Virus record (IMG/VR): IMGVR_UViG_3300042472_000140
Span: 1 to 61,147 of that record
DNA: 61,147 bases
Origin: a virus
Lineage: Duplodnaviria > Caudoviricetes
Strand: one strand, 5' to 3'
The notes under the pieces are model-generated. The model did not search any database, was not told the DNA's origin, and saw nothing but the letters and a program-made list of their open reading frames with translations. Both the position numbers and the translations under genes were made by a program. Of the stretch, positions 1 through 7,610 are shown one piece after another (within the stretch, counting starts at the first letter, position 1; every line of letters starts with the position of its first letter).

Positions 1-127
1 GAGGGCTTTAAAATGCGTGTCAAGGTTCTCGTTAACTTCTTCTGACGGTATGATGATCGTCTTTGACTGTCCTACGATCACCTTTGACGCACGTCCCAAC
101 CCAGCAAAGTCCACGTTGGCAACGTTG
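1..127. repeat. Terminal direct repeat, copy 1 (assembly overlap; circular genome of 61,020 bp)
   Basis: 1-127 is identical to 61021-61147; groEL stays in frame across the join. Confidence 0.97.
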
Positions 128-1038
128 TCACCAGTTGTTGCAGAGTAGTACTTACCACCCAGCGCAATAGCCAAGTCGGTCATCAACTCGTCCTGACGGT
201 AACCCATGCTCGGAGGTATGATGTTAGCAGCCTTGATTCTGCCCTCGTACACGTTCTTGTTCAACGTCTGTATCGTCTGTAAGTTCATCTGACCGATAAT
301 CAACAAAGACTCTCCTCTCTCGATGATTGGTCCCAAGATGGCGATCATGTGCTCCAAGTTAGTGATCTCCTGGTTGGTGATAAGAACGTACGGGTTATTC
401 AACACGCACTCGTTCTTACGAACGTCGTTCACAAAGAACCTACTAGTGAAGCCTCTGTCTACCTTGATGCCGTTAACAATCTCTGTGTGTGTCTTGGTCG
501 TTCGACTGTTCTCAACGGTTACGTGTGACACCTTGCTGTACGTGTCAGCGATAATAGCACCCAACCTTGCGTCGTTGTTAGCCGAGATGGTAGCAACGTC
601 TAAAAGTCTTTTGCCACTCACTGGCTTAGACATCTTGACCAACTGTGCGTCCATCTTCTCTGCGATGTCGTTTATGTGTCTTATTACCTCCGTCGTGTTG
701 GTTAGCTCGTCGATCTCCTCGTCAGCTGCGTTAATAATCGCTCCAGTGAGAACCACAGAGGTCGTAGTGCCATCACCTGCCATAGTAGCTGTCTGTGAGG
801 CTGCCTGACGGACTAGCTGCACCGCTAAGTTCTCAACTGGGTCGAATAGATTAATTCCCTTTGCGACGGACACACCGTCCTTCGTTATTGTTATGCCTCC
901 AGTGTGGAGTTCCGACTCCATAAGAACCGTGTTGCCCATCGGTCCTAGGGTTGATCCTACCGCCTGGTCGATCTTGCGTATTCCGTCCTTTAACTTCTGA
1001 CGACCTTCCTCGTCAAAGAATAATTGTTTTACTATCAT
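1..1038 (-). CDS. groEL: Chaperonin GroEL, N-terminal part (continues at 61020-60475; about 527 aa in total)
   Basis: Manual translation from ATG at 1038: MIVKQLFFDEEGRQKLKDG...STLGPMGNTV...ITKDGVSVAK...AGDGTTTS. Missing from the ORF track because it crosses the contig end. Confidence 0.95.
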   Translation of the reverse strand, partial: MIVKQLFFDEEGRQKLKDGIRKIDQAVGSTLGPMGNTVLMESELHTGGITITKDGVSVAKGINLFDPVENLAVQLVRQAASQTATMAGDGTTTSVVLTGAIINAADEEIDELTNTTEVIRHINDIAEKMDAQLVKMSKPVSGKRLLDVATISANNDARLGAIIADTYSKVSHVTVENSRTTKTHTEIVNGIKVDRGFTSRFFVNDVRKNECVLNNPYVLITNQEITNLEHMIAILGPIIERGESLLIIGQMNLQTIQTLNKNVYEGRIKAANIIPPSMGYRQDELMTDLAIALGGKYYSATTGDNVANVDFAGLGRASKVIVGQSKTIIIPSEEVNENLDTHFKAL

Positions 1039-1063
1039 TTAATTTAATTTTATGCGAATATAG

Positions 1064-1405
1064 TTATTTTATATTAAACTTCTCGTCGTAGTGCGATAAA
1101 ACTTTATCTGCAAACAACATCGGGTCCGAGTGCTTGACATCCGTGGCAGATATCACCGCCCTGCGCCACAGCTCAGACCGATGGATGTCGTGTGCTGACT
1201 TTCTGTCGGACTCCTGGTTGATGTGACTAGTGACGCAGTCTTCAATTGATTCAAAGCTACCGAACCTGGACATTAAAAATACGAACTCTGACGGAGAACG
1301 TGTTTCCTTGAAAGCCTTCAACGAGTCAGACAGAACTTGTGATGCGTCATCATCTTCAATTATCCTTACTATGTAGCTCCTAAACTCGTCCCTCAAACTG
1401 AACAT
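1064..1405 (-). CDS. Hypothetical protein
   Basis: ORF track 1064..1489; ATG at 1405 overlapping the upstream stop is the more likely start. Confidence 0.6.
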   Translation of the reverse strand: MFSLRDEFRSYIVRIIEDDDASQVLSDSLKAFKETRSPSEFVFLMSRFGSFESIEDCVTSHINQESDRKSAHDIHRSELWRRAVISATDVKHSDPMLFADKVLSHYDEKFNIK

Positions 1406-1695
1406 ACGTCGTAGTTTTCTTTGTACATGTACTCGTAGCTCACCTCCATCGGTGCAAAGCGTGACACTCGGAACGCTGGCTCCTGCCAACGACCTCCAAG
1501 CAACGGTTGGGGGATGGCTCCGTTACGTATCTCGTCCAATAATAAACCCGTCACTATACCGTCGTTGTCTAACACCTCCCGAATGGTGTACATGCTGTCT
1601 TTTTTAACCCATGTTCTGTATGCCTTCGAAACGAACATCAGCTGGTCAGCCTTGATGCTGTCGTCGATACATACGACTGATTGTCCTTTAGTCAT
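1393..1695 (-). CDS. Hypothetical protein (small beta-barrel/SH3-like phage protein)
   Basis: ORF coupled to neighbours; N-terminal GQSVVCID...YTIREV pattern. Confidence 0.7.
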   Translation of the reverse strand: MTKGQSVVCIDDSIKADQLMFVSKAYRTWVKKDSMYTIREVLDNDGIVTGLLLDEIRNGAIPQPLLGGRWQEPAFRVSRFAPMEVSYEYMYKENYDVCSV

Positions 1696-2072
1696 CTGTT
1701 CTTTAGTTCTTCGTTAAACGTCTCCAGGTACATCTCATCATTACAGAACCCTCCGTCAAGTATCGCCTCGATGTGGTCCGTAGCCAAGTCCTTTATCAAG
1801 ATCCACTCAGTCTCCAATAACCTATTCATGTCCTTGTCGTAGTTACGACCCCACCTAAGGTACTCCCGTCGTGTCGACCACTCACCGTCGTCGTACACCG
1901 AGATATCTGTGTAGTCCATATCGTCGAAGACCCTCCTTGAATAATCACTCCCACCGTCCACAGCGTAGTACCGACCGTTCGCATCTTTGTGCGAAACAAA
2001 GTCGTGTCTGTTAGTCGAAACGATGACCGTCCCGTCTGGTGTCCTAATTGCATTATACAGTACTCTCTTCAT
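1692..2072 (-). CDS. Hypothetical phage protein
   Basis: Coupled ORF; S-x-x-RHDF and AVDGG-x-x-Y-x-RR motifs. Confidence 0.75.
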   Translation of the reverse strand: MKRVLYNAIRTPDGTVIVSTNRHDFVSHKDANGRYYAVDGGSDYSRRVFDDMDYTDISVYDDGEWSTRREYLRWGRNYDKDMNRLLETEWILIKDLATDHIEAILDGGFCNDEMYLETFNEELKNR

Positions 2073-2241
2073 CCTCGATTTTTTTTAAAATTAATTGTCT
2101 GTTATACTCCTCCCTCTCGACGGCTTCAAACTCGTCCGCCCGAAGGTACTTCTTTATTCTTAGATCTGACAAATGAAGTTGATGTTTTAATCCATTCATG
2201 TTGTCTTGCTCTATTATCATCCGTTCTACAAAACTGACCAT
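2053..2241 (-). CDS. Hypothetical protein
   Basis: Short ORF overlapping the next gene. Confidence 0.55.
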   Translation of the reverse strand: MVSFVERMIIEQDNMNGLKHQLHLSDLRIKKYLRADEFEAVEREEYNRQLILKKIEDEESTV

Positions 2242-2253
2242 GGTTTAAGTTAA

Positions 2254-2600
2254 ATGTCGCTGTAACCCCCGTCCTGCCTACATTGTGTCGCAACTGTGCT
2301 GCAAAATGCTGCTGTAGTGTCGCAAAAATGCTGCTAGATTTCGGCTTAACGCTCTGATTATTAATTGTTTATCTGTTTTTAGTGTCGCTGGAGCGTCTCC
2401 GACGAAATTTTTTTTTTTTTTTTATTGTGAGGGTGCAATTATTCTTATTGCACCCCCTTTATATAGGCTACTTTTTTTTTCAAATTATATTTCTTCTTTT
2501 TTCCTACACAGCAACACTAAAAGAAAGAAAGAGTAGTGGTAGTAAGGATCTAGCTGATTTTTTTGCGACATTTTTGCGACATTCTGCGACATTTACCTAC
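2254..2600. repeat. Origin-like element A: convergent TGTCGC/GCGACA repeats around a T tract and hairpin
   Basis: TGTCGC at 2255, 2286, 2318, 2383; T16 run 2408-2423; 9-bp hairpin 2431-2455; GCGACA at 2565, 2576, 2587 (11-bp period). The origin role is inferred. Confidence 0.65.
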
Positions 2601-2679
2601 ACGATTTTGGTTGAATTTTGCGAAAAATCAGTTTTTGAGCAAAAAATAGAGCCGAAATAATTATCCGACAAACATTCGG

Positions 2680-3054
2680 CTAGTCTAAAATCTGTCTCGA
2701 AATTGTAGATTCTCCATAATGTTTAATGTAGCTAACCGCATACTGAACTCCATCCATTTCATAGAACCATACAATCTCGTCCTCTAAAATATTTGAGTGC
2801 TCGCCAATACTTGGTCTATTATAGTTTTGTGCGTCCGTCTTTAATAACTCTCTTAAGTACTCGTTAATGAATTTATCGTCCGATGTCATGTACTGAACTC
2901 CCTCGTAACCTTTTTCATCAAGCTCGTACCATTCTCTCTGTGGTTCATCCATAACACTTGGTGTGTATGTAGCTGGATTATATCTTTCAACTTGTGCCGT
3001 CGTAGTGAACATCATTCCGATTGTCATTGCTACTGTTAAAATTACTGTTCTCAT
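2680..3054 (-). CDS. Putative exported protein
   Basis: From ATG 3054: MRTVILTVAMTIGMMFTTTA|Q, a Bacteroidota-style signal peptide followed by Gln. Confidence 0.7.
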   Translation of the reverse strand: MRTVILTVAMTIGMMFTTTAQVERYNPATYTPSVMDEPQREWYELDEKGYEGVQYMTSDDKFINEYLRELLKTDAQNYNRPSIGEHSNILEDEIVWFYEMDGVQYAVSYIKHYGESTISRQILD

Positions 3055-3105
3055 CTTTATTAGTTTTAAGTTTATGCTTCGTTGCATACCTTAAATATAA
3101 GCATA

Positions 3106-3142
3106 AAAAAACCGTCCAATCAGCTTAATGTGATGGACGGTT
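3106..3142 (-). terminator. Intrinsic terminator
   Basis: aaccgtcca/tggacggtt stem with an A run on + (U tract on -). Confidence 0.7.
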
Positions 3143-3164
3143 AATAATTTAGGTTGAACGGTAG

Positions 3165-3632
3165 TTACAACTTCTTTGTTGTCTTTCTAACTGTGTAGTT
3201 AGTATAAGTCTTACCTCCTGATCCACCTTCTACTGGATTACCACTTGCGTCAGTCTGCATTCTAGTCTTTACTCCCTTGTGAGCTTCGTATTGTGCCTTG
3301 CTAACCATCTCAGTCTTACCGCCAACTTCTTTTCCTACAAAGTACTTATAAGGCTCTGAAAATTTCTTCTTAGCAGTGATCTTAATCTCTGGCAATGTAG
3401 TAACCTTAGATGTCTTCTTAGCTGTAACAGTTACCTCAGGTAAAGTCTTTACTGCTGGTTTACTTGCAGTTGTCTTCTTTACTGGTGTAGAAGATACAGA
3501 TTTAGATTGAGCAACAGTCTTCTTAACTGGTGTGTTAATCTTCTTGAATGCTGGAATAGTTTCCATAGTGCTAATCATAGTACCCTTCTTTGGAGGATTA
3601 CCAGCAGCCATGTTTCTTTGTGTAAATGCCAT
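3165..3632 (-). CDS. Basic Lys/Thr-rich protein with two LPE(V/I)x(V/I)TA motifs
   Basis: ORF track; TLPEVTVTAKK and TLPEIKITAKK; TACCTTTG promoter just upstream. Confidence 0.75.
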   Translation of the reverse strand: MAFTQRNMAAGNPPKKGTMISTMETIPAFKKINTPVKKTVAQSKSVSSTPVKKTTASKPAVKTLPEVTVTAKKTSKVTTLPEIKITAKKKFSEPYKYFVGKEVGGKTEMVSKAQYEAHKGVKTRMQTDASGNPVEGGSGGKTYTNYTVRKTTKKL

Positions 3633-3673
3633 AACGTTATTTTTTTAGTTTGTATACCCTGCAAAGGTAATGA

Positions 3674-3865
3674 TTATTTTTTATATCTCTTCACTTCTTT
3701 ATACCTTCCCAACACAGAGTCGCCTATGCCGACACCCTTTACAACCGTCTTCTTTACCAACCCGTTCGATCGCTTGACTACCTTGACAGTCTCCCTCGCT
3801 GCGTTCTCCTTGCCGTCAACACCCCTGGTGACAGTGCTGCTTGTCTTTGTCTTGTTCTTTCTCAT
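3674..3865 (-). CDS. Small basic hypothetical protein
   Basis: ORF with TAACTTTG 4 nt upstream of the ATG. Confidence 0.6.
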   Translation of the reverse strand: MRKNKTKTSSTVTRGVDGKENAARETVKVVKRSNGLVKKTVVKGVGIGDSVLGRYKEVKRYKK

Positions 3866-4002
3866 AGAGCAAAGTTAATGAAAATATTAGTATTAGTGCA
3901 TTATGACGCACTATCTTGCTTAATTAAGTATAGATGATCGGAAAATAACCGATTAAGTGCTTTATATTGCACAAATTAGAAGTAATACTGTGCAGAAAAA
4001 TG

Positions 4003-4632
4003 TTATATATTTGGGGGGAGTTTATTACTTTTCTTTAAATTATCTATCGCCCATAACGGCTGGAAGTTTGTGTAGTGACTTAATCTTATTACATCTTCTT
4101 CAATTTTAGCACTATCCAATGGTATTATGTGATCTAAATGCCACCCGTAATAAATATTATTATTCCAATTCATTCCATCTGTAAATTTTGATTCTATATA
4201 TTCTTTAAAAAATTCAATGCTACACCCAAGTATTTCTTCGGATCTTCTATTTTTTACTGTACCTATGTATTTAAAACATCTTCTAATACTATCTCTCAAT
4301 CTTCGTTTAAGTATATATAGTTCATTTGATTTATATTTTTGATAGTGTTTTTTATTTCTTTTTAATGCTGCGTCTTTATTTTTTTTATTATATTCAGATA
4401 TTTTATCATAGTTATTCTCTCGATAATTTTTCTGTGCTTGAATATGTTTTTCCCTATTCTCAATTACGTATTTTTTAGCATATTTACACCTTTCTAATTT
4501 ATTTATATTCTTTAGAAAACATTCTTTACAGTCACTTCTAAATCTTATGTCTCCATTATTTTTTTTGCCTTTTTTGTAAAAGCAAGATATTTCAAGCAAC
4601 TCTTTGCATTTAGTACATCTCTTAATTTTCAT
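4003..4632 (-). CDS. HNH-type (homing) endonuclease with N-terminal Zn finger
   Basis: CxxC...CxxC N-terminus; WHLDHIIPL...HYTNFQPLW...NLKKSN; much more AT-rich than flanks. Confidence 0.85.
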   Translation of the reverse strand: MKIKRCTKCKELLEISCFYKKGKKNNGDIRFRSDCKECFLKNINKLERCKYAKKYVIENREKHIQAQKNYRENNYDKISEYNKKNKDAALKRNKKHYQKYKSNELYILKRRLRDSIRRCFKYIGTVKNRRSEEILGCSIEFFKEYIESKFTDGMNWNNNIYYGWHLDHIIPLDSAKIEEDVIRLSHYTNFQPLWAIDNLKKSNKLPPNI

Positions 4633-4734
4633 GATAAAAAAATACCCTCTAGGGTTCAGCGTGGACGTGCTTACTTCCTAAAGGGTTTTATAATGTCTTA
4701 CATTCTGCGTCCACTCAGATGATATACAAATATA
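4633..4734 (-). promoter_or_regulatory. Promoter and structured 5' leader of the HNH gene
   Basis: TATATTTG -7 box (4727-4734); stem 4644-4654/4676-4686 followed by a U tract; loop 4661-4667 complementary to 4708-4714. Confidence 0.6.
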
Positions 4735-5009
4735 ATGATTTTTTTTAATATCATATATGCGGAGTGTTTATATAATATATACGTTTCAGGTAGAGTCGAC
4801 GCATAGGAAAACGGATTACAAACAGCATGGGGGGTGCTGATTTCCAGTCTTTCCGTCAGATTTTCTAGCTTTTTGTGTGGGGTGCAGTCCTACCTAGCTA
4901 CAGTCACGTTGTATGGTGGTTCCGTTGTGCTGTAGGTATCATGTTACGACCTATTGACCTACCGTTCGTCTGACTGACTAACTGTCTGTTGTTCAGCGAT
5001 GTAAGTTCT

Positions 5010-5037
5010 ATTTTACATAATATACCTTATAGGACAA
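5010..5037 (-). other. dif-like XerC/D recombination site
   Basis: Minus strand reads TTGTCCTATAA-GGTATA-TTATGTAAAAT: 11-6-11 layout with a near-canonical XerD arm. Confidence 0.75.
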
Positions 5038-5358
5038 GTCAACCTATCGCACTGTCTGTCAGTCTGTTAGTGAATCCATACGTACGTGTGTACGTGTGCG
5101 CATACGTGCGTGTGTGTTTCTTATATTCTTGGGACGAATGCGCTACATCCCTTTGTTTATGCGTGTTTAGGCATGGAATAACATCACCTCCCCATCTCCC
5201 CACATTAAATGTGAGTTTATCTGTCTGTCTGTTGTTATATCTGTCAATCGTTGCTGTGACTGAGTTGTAGCGTTATTGGTACTTGGTGGGCTACGTAGTT
5301 CTACTTAGATCGATCTACGTAGTTATACGTATTTTTAAACTTATATCAAAAAAAAGTA

Positions 5359-5388
5359 TTGTCAATCAAAAGAACCTCCGTATGTTTG
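5359..5388 (+). promoter_or_regulatory. Bacteroidota sigma70-type early promoter
   Basis: TTG at 5359, 19-nt spacer, TATGTTTG at 5381 (TAnnTTTG consensus). Confidence 0.7.
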
Positions 5389-5394
5389 TTTCAG

Positions 5395-5976
5395 TCAAGC
5401 AAACGAGCTTACTTAGTTTTTGAAATCCTTTATATATAACAAGCGACACGGGATAGGGAGTTAGCGTTAGGAGATGGTTAGTCTAGTCAGCGTATGCGAC
5501 AGAGCTAGTGAAAGTATTAACCACCGAGACACCTCTACTTAGAACGATTATCCAATGCGATGTTGAGGCAGTAAGACCCCAAAGACATCAGTTATAACAA
5601 AAGAACAATAAATAATACGTTACACCTCGGTAGTATGATTATTTAGTTTGAAGTGTGAAACCTTAAGGCATGACGGAAGCCCCAGTCTTAAGCAACTAGC
5701 GAGTAAAACCGTTCATCAGGATTTTAAACCGTTCATCACAATTGGTGAAGATAAGCGAAAGTGAATGACTAGATTTGAAATGTGTTAGCAATCGAGCTAC
5801 ACTATACGAAGGAGCGTAATCTCTGAACCCATTGATAGTATTGTAAGGGACAACAACAAATACTCAAAGTCTTGCCTAAGTAGATTGAATAGGTGCACAA
5901 GTTACATGGAGAAAGCGAGAGCTGACGGAAGTAATCGAGTAATGGAGGATAAAAACCAAGCATCGAAAAAAGGCTA
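5395..5976 (+). ncRNA. Candidate large structured ncRNA (about 580 nt; ROOL/GOLLD-class size)
   Basis: No credible ORF between the promoter and the hammerhead; purine-rich; nested complementary segments (GGATA/TATCC, TGGTTAG/TTAACCA, CTAG/CTAG, GTC/GAC, GAGG/CCTC). Confidence 0.55.
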
Positions 5977-6020
5977 TACAGATGTGTGTCTGTACTGATG
6001 AGTTCAAAAGAACGAAAGCT
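5972..6020 (+). ncRNA. Hammerhead ribozyme, type III topology
   Basis: GGC-UA / stem I UACAGA-UCUGUA / CUGAUGA / stem II GUUC-AAAA-GAAC / GAAA / GCU; predicted cut after A5976; stem III is short. Confidence 0.8.
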
Positions 6021-6041
6021 AACCAATTAAAAATAACGACC

Positions 6042-6281
6042 ATGAATGAATTATCATTAAAAGCGTTACTACTTGACACCATTACTTATTTAAAGTTTGG
6101 TACTCATTTATCAAGTAACTACAAGTCAACAAAGAAAGAGTTATGTATTCTTTTAGGACAGAAAACAAATATATCAGCTAGTCAGTTGTTGAATGGAATC
6201 GGACTTGTTTACAAGGATAACGGCAAAGAAGTTGAATTTTGGGCAACAATAGACAAGTTTGATGCTGAGAAATATTTATAG
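6042..6281 (+). CDS. Early hypothetical protein
   Basis: ATG 6042 after an A-rich leader; the track start at 5982 lies inside the ribozyme. Confidence 0.7.
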   Translation: MNELSLKALLLDTITYLKFGTHLSSNYKSTKKELCILLGQKTNISASQLLNGIGLVYKDNGKEVEFWATIDKFDAEKYL

Positions 6282-6308
6282 TAATTAACCACCAAACACC
6301 ACCACACC

Positions 6309-6416
6309 ATGAGCGTAAAAATCATTAGAATTGAGGGGAAGTTCGAGGTAATCGGATACTTTCAAGAAGGCGTACTAGTAAGAGAGCGCAAGAGATTAGT
6401 AAGAGACTGGAGATAA
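6309..6416 (+). CDS. Small hypothetical protein (35 aa)
   Basis: Manual translation MSVKIIRIEGKFEVIGYF... Confidence 0.45.
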   Translation: MSVKIIRIEGKFEVIGYFQEGVLVRERKRLVRDWR

Positions 6417-6508
6417 TCGGTCACCCTTAGGGGTGATTGAATGGTCTCATATCAAAACAATACCTTAAGAAGATAGATTAAGTAATTAACGTATAAAAAT
6501 TAGAAATT

Positions 6509-6724
6509 ATGAAAACGATACAAATTAGAATATCAAGAAGTTATTTTAAAGAAACATTTATAGATGTAGAAGTTGAAGACGGAGAATTAGATATAGATTT
6601 TTTAGTTAGTGATAAAGAAATAGATAAACGTTTAGAGGATGCGATTGAAATTGCTGATTTGATAGACGGAGAAACTGACTATGAATGGACAGATGAAACA
6701 GATAATAACGGTGGACATTTATGA
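6509..6724 (+). CDS. Acidic early hypothetical protein
   Basis: ORF track; very D/E-rich. Confidence 0.7.
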   Translation: MKTIQIRISRSYFKETFIDVEVEDGELDIDFLVSDKEIDKRLEDAIEIADLIDGETDYEWTDETDNNGGHL

Positions 6725-6867
6725 AATTTGAACTTCAATTTAAGACCTCAAACGGCTTGTACAAGAACTTCAGTAAGACGTTCAACAGCGAGAAACATCG
6801 GGACAACTTCATCGACAAGATGGAGCGAGAGTTCGGATGGAAATTAATAGGAATGACTAAAAACTAG
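6721..6867 (+). CDS. Small hypothetical protein (48 aa)
   Basis: Manual translation MKFELQFKTSNG...; ATGA overlap with upstream stop. Confidence 0.65.
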   Translation: MKFELQFKTSNGLYKNFSKTFNSEKHRDNFIDKMEREFGWKLIGMTKN

Positions 6868-6872
6868 AAATT

Positions 6873-7073
6873 ATGATAAAATTAACATCGCATTACAGTA
6901 AATTGCCAATACTAATAAATGAGTCACACATCGAGAGTGTATCTATTCAGGTTAACAACAGTAGGTCGGCATCCTTAGTTTATTATATAACCACTATACA
7001 CATGTCATCAGGTCTTATTTTATATGTAAAAGAGACTGTAGAACAAATTGAAGAACTTTTAAAAAATCAATAA
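6873..7073 (+). CDS. Small protein resembling the FlbD family
   Basis: MIKLT...LINESHIESV...TIHMSSG...VKETVEQI pattern. Confidence 0.55.
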   Translation: MIKLTSHYSKLPILINESHIESVSIQVNNSRSASLVYYITTIHMSSGLILYVKETVEQIEELLKNQ

Positions 7074-7075
7074 TT

Positions 7076-7282
7076 ATGAACGGAAAGATTCACGACAGCG
7101 TAGGCTTCACTAAGGTAGATGGAGCGATAAGACAGTTAACCTTAAGAGAGAGGTTACAGCAGATTATTAACTTGGGACAGCCGAGCGACATTAAGGGCGT
7201 TCGAACTACAGTAAGAGACGCAGAGATTGCGCTCGAGCGATTCAAGAGTAGTTTACTCGACGAGGAGATAGGAAGAGATTAA
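7076..7282 (+). CDS. Early hypothetical protein
   Basis: ORF track; its stop codon forms part of hammerhead stem I. Confidence 0.7.
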   Translation: MNGKIHDSVGFTKVDGAIRQLTLRERLQQIINLGQPSDIKGVRTTVRDAEIALERFKSSLLDEEIGRD

Positions 7283-7334
7283 CTGACGAGCTTTAGATAA
7301 GCGAAACGGCACAAGAGATTGTGCTGTCTTAATC
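7277..7334 (+). ncRNA. Hammerhead ribozyme, type I topology
   Basis: GAUUAA / CUGACGA / GCUU-UAGAU-AAGC / GAAA / CGGCACAA-GAGA-UUGUGCUG / UC / UUAAUC; GUC triplet, predicted cut after C7328. Confidence 0.92.
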
Positions 7335-7350
7335 AATTAAAACACACACC

Positions 7351-7605
7351 ATGAAGAACACAATAAGCAAGAAATACATAATTGACTACATCACTAGCAA
7401 CTATGGACCAATGAAGCACGACATCTATAGAATGTACTATGCTATAATATCAACATCTAAGGTATTCAAGCTAGACAAGAAGAGTCTGTTCCATTACATC
7501 ATCGAGCGGACTGACGCAATATTAGGAGCTACATCGTACGGATTTGATACTGCGTACGGTAGAGAGATTAGAGAGAGATTTGAGTATGAATATTATAACA
7601 ACTAG
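7351..7605 (+). CDS. Early hypothetical protein
   Basis: ORF track. Confidence 0.7.
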   Translation: MKNTISKKYIIDYITSNYGPMKHDIYRMYYAIISTSKVFKLDKKSLFHYIIERTDAILGATSYGFDTAYGREIRERFEYEYYNN

Positions 7606-7610
7606 GAGTT

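Noticed and set aside
323-808. 161-aa + strand ORF and the many similar antisense ORFs in the track
   Set aside because: Shadow frames opposite clearly recognisable genes (here groEL).
2382-2660. 92-aa Phe-rich ORF
   Set aside because: Product of the T tracts in origin-like element A.
5700-5720. CTGATGA on the - strand as a third hammerhead
   Set aside because: No stem II followed by GAAA.
4989-6082. ORFs 4989-5270, 5802-6026, 5876-6082 and the 5982 start
   Set aside because: Low-complexity or antisense frames overlapping the dif-like site, the ncRNA candidate and the hammerhead; no supporting start context.
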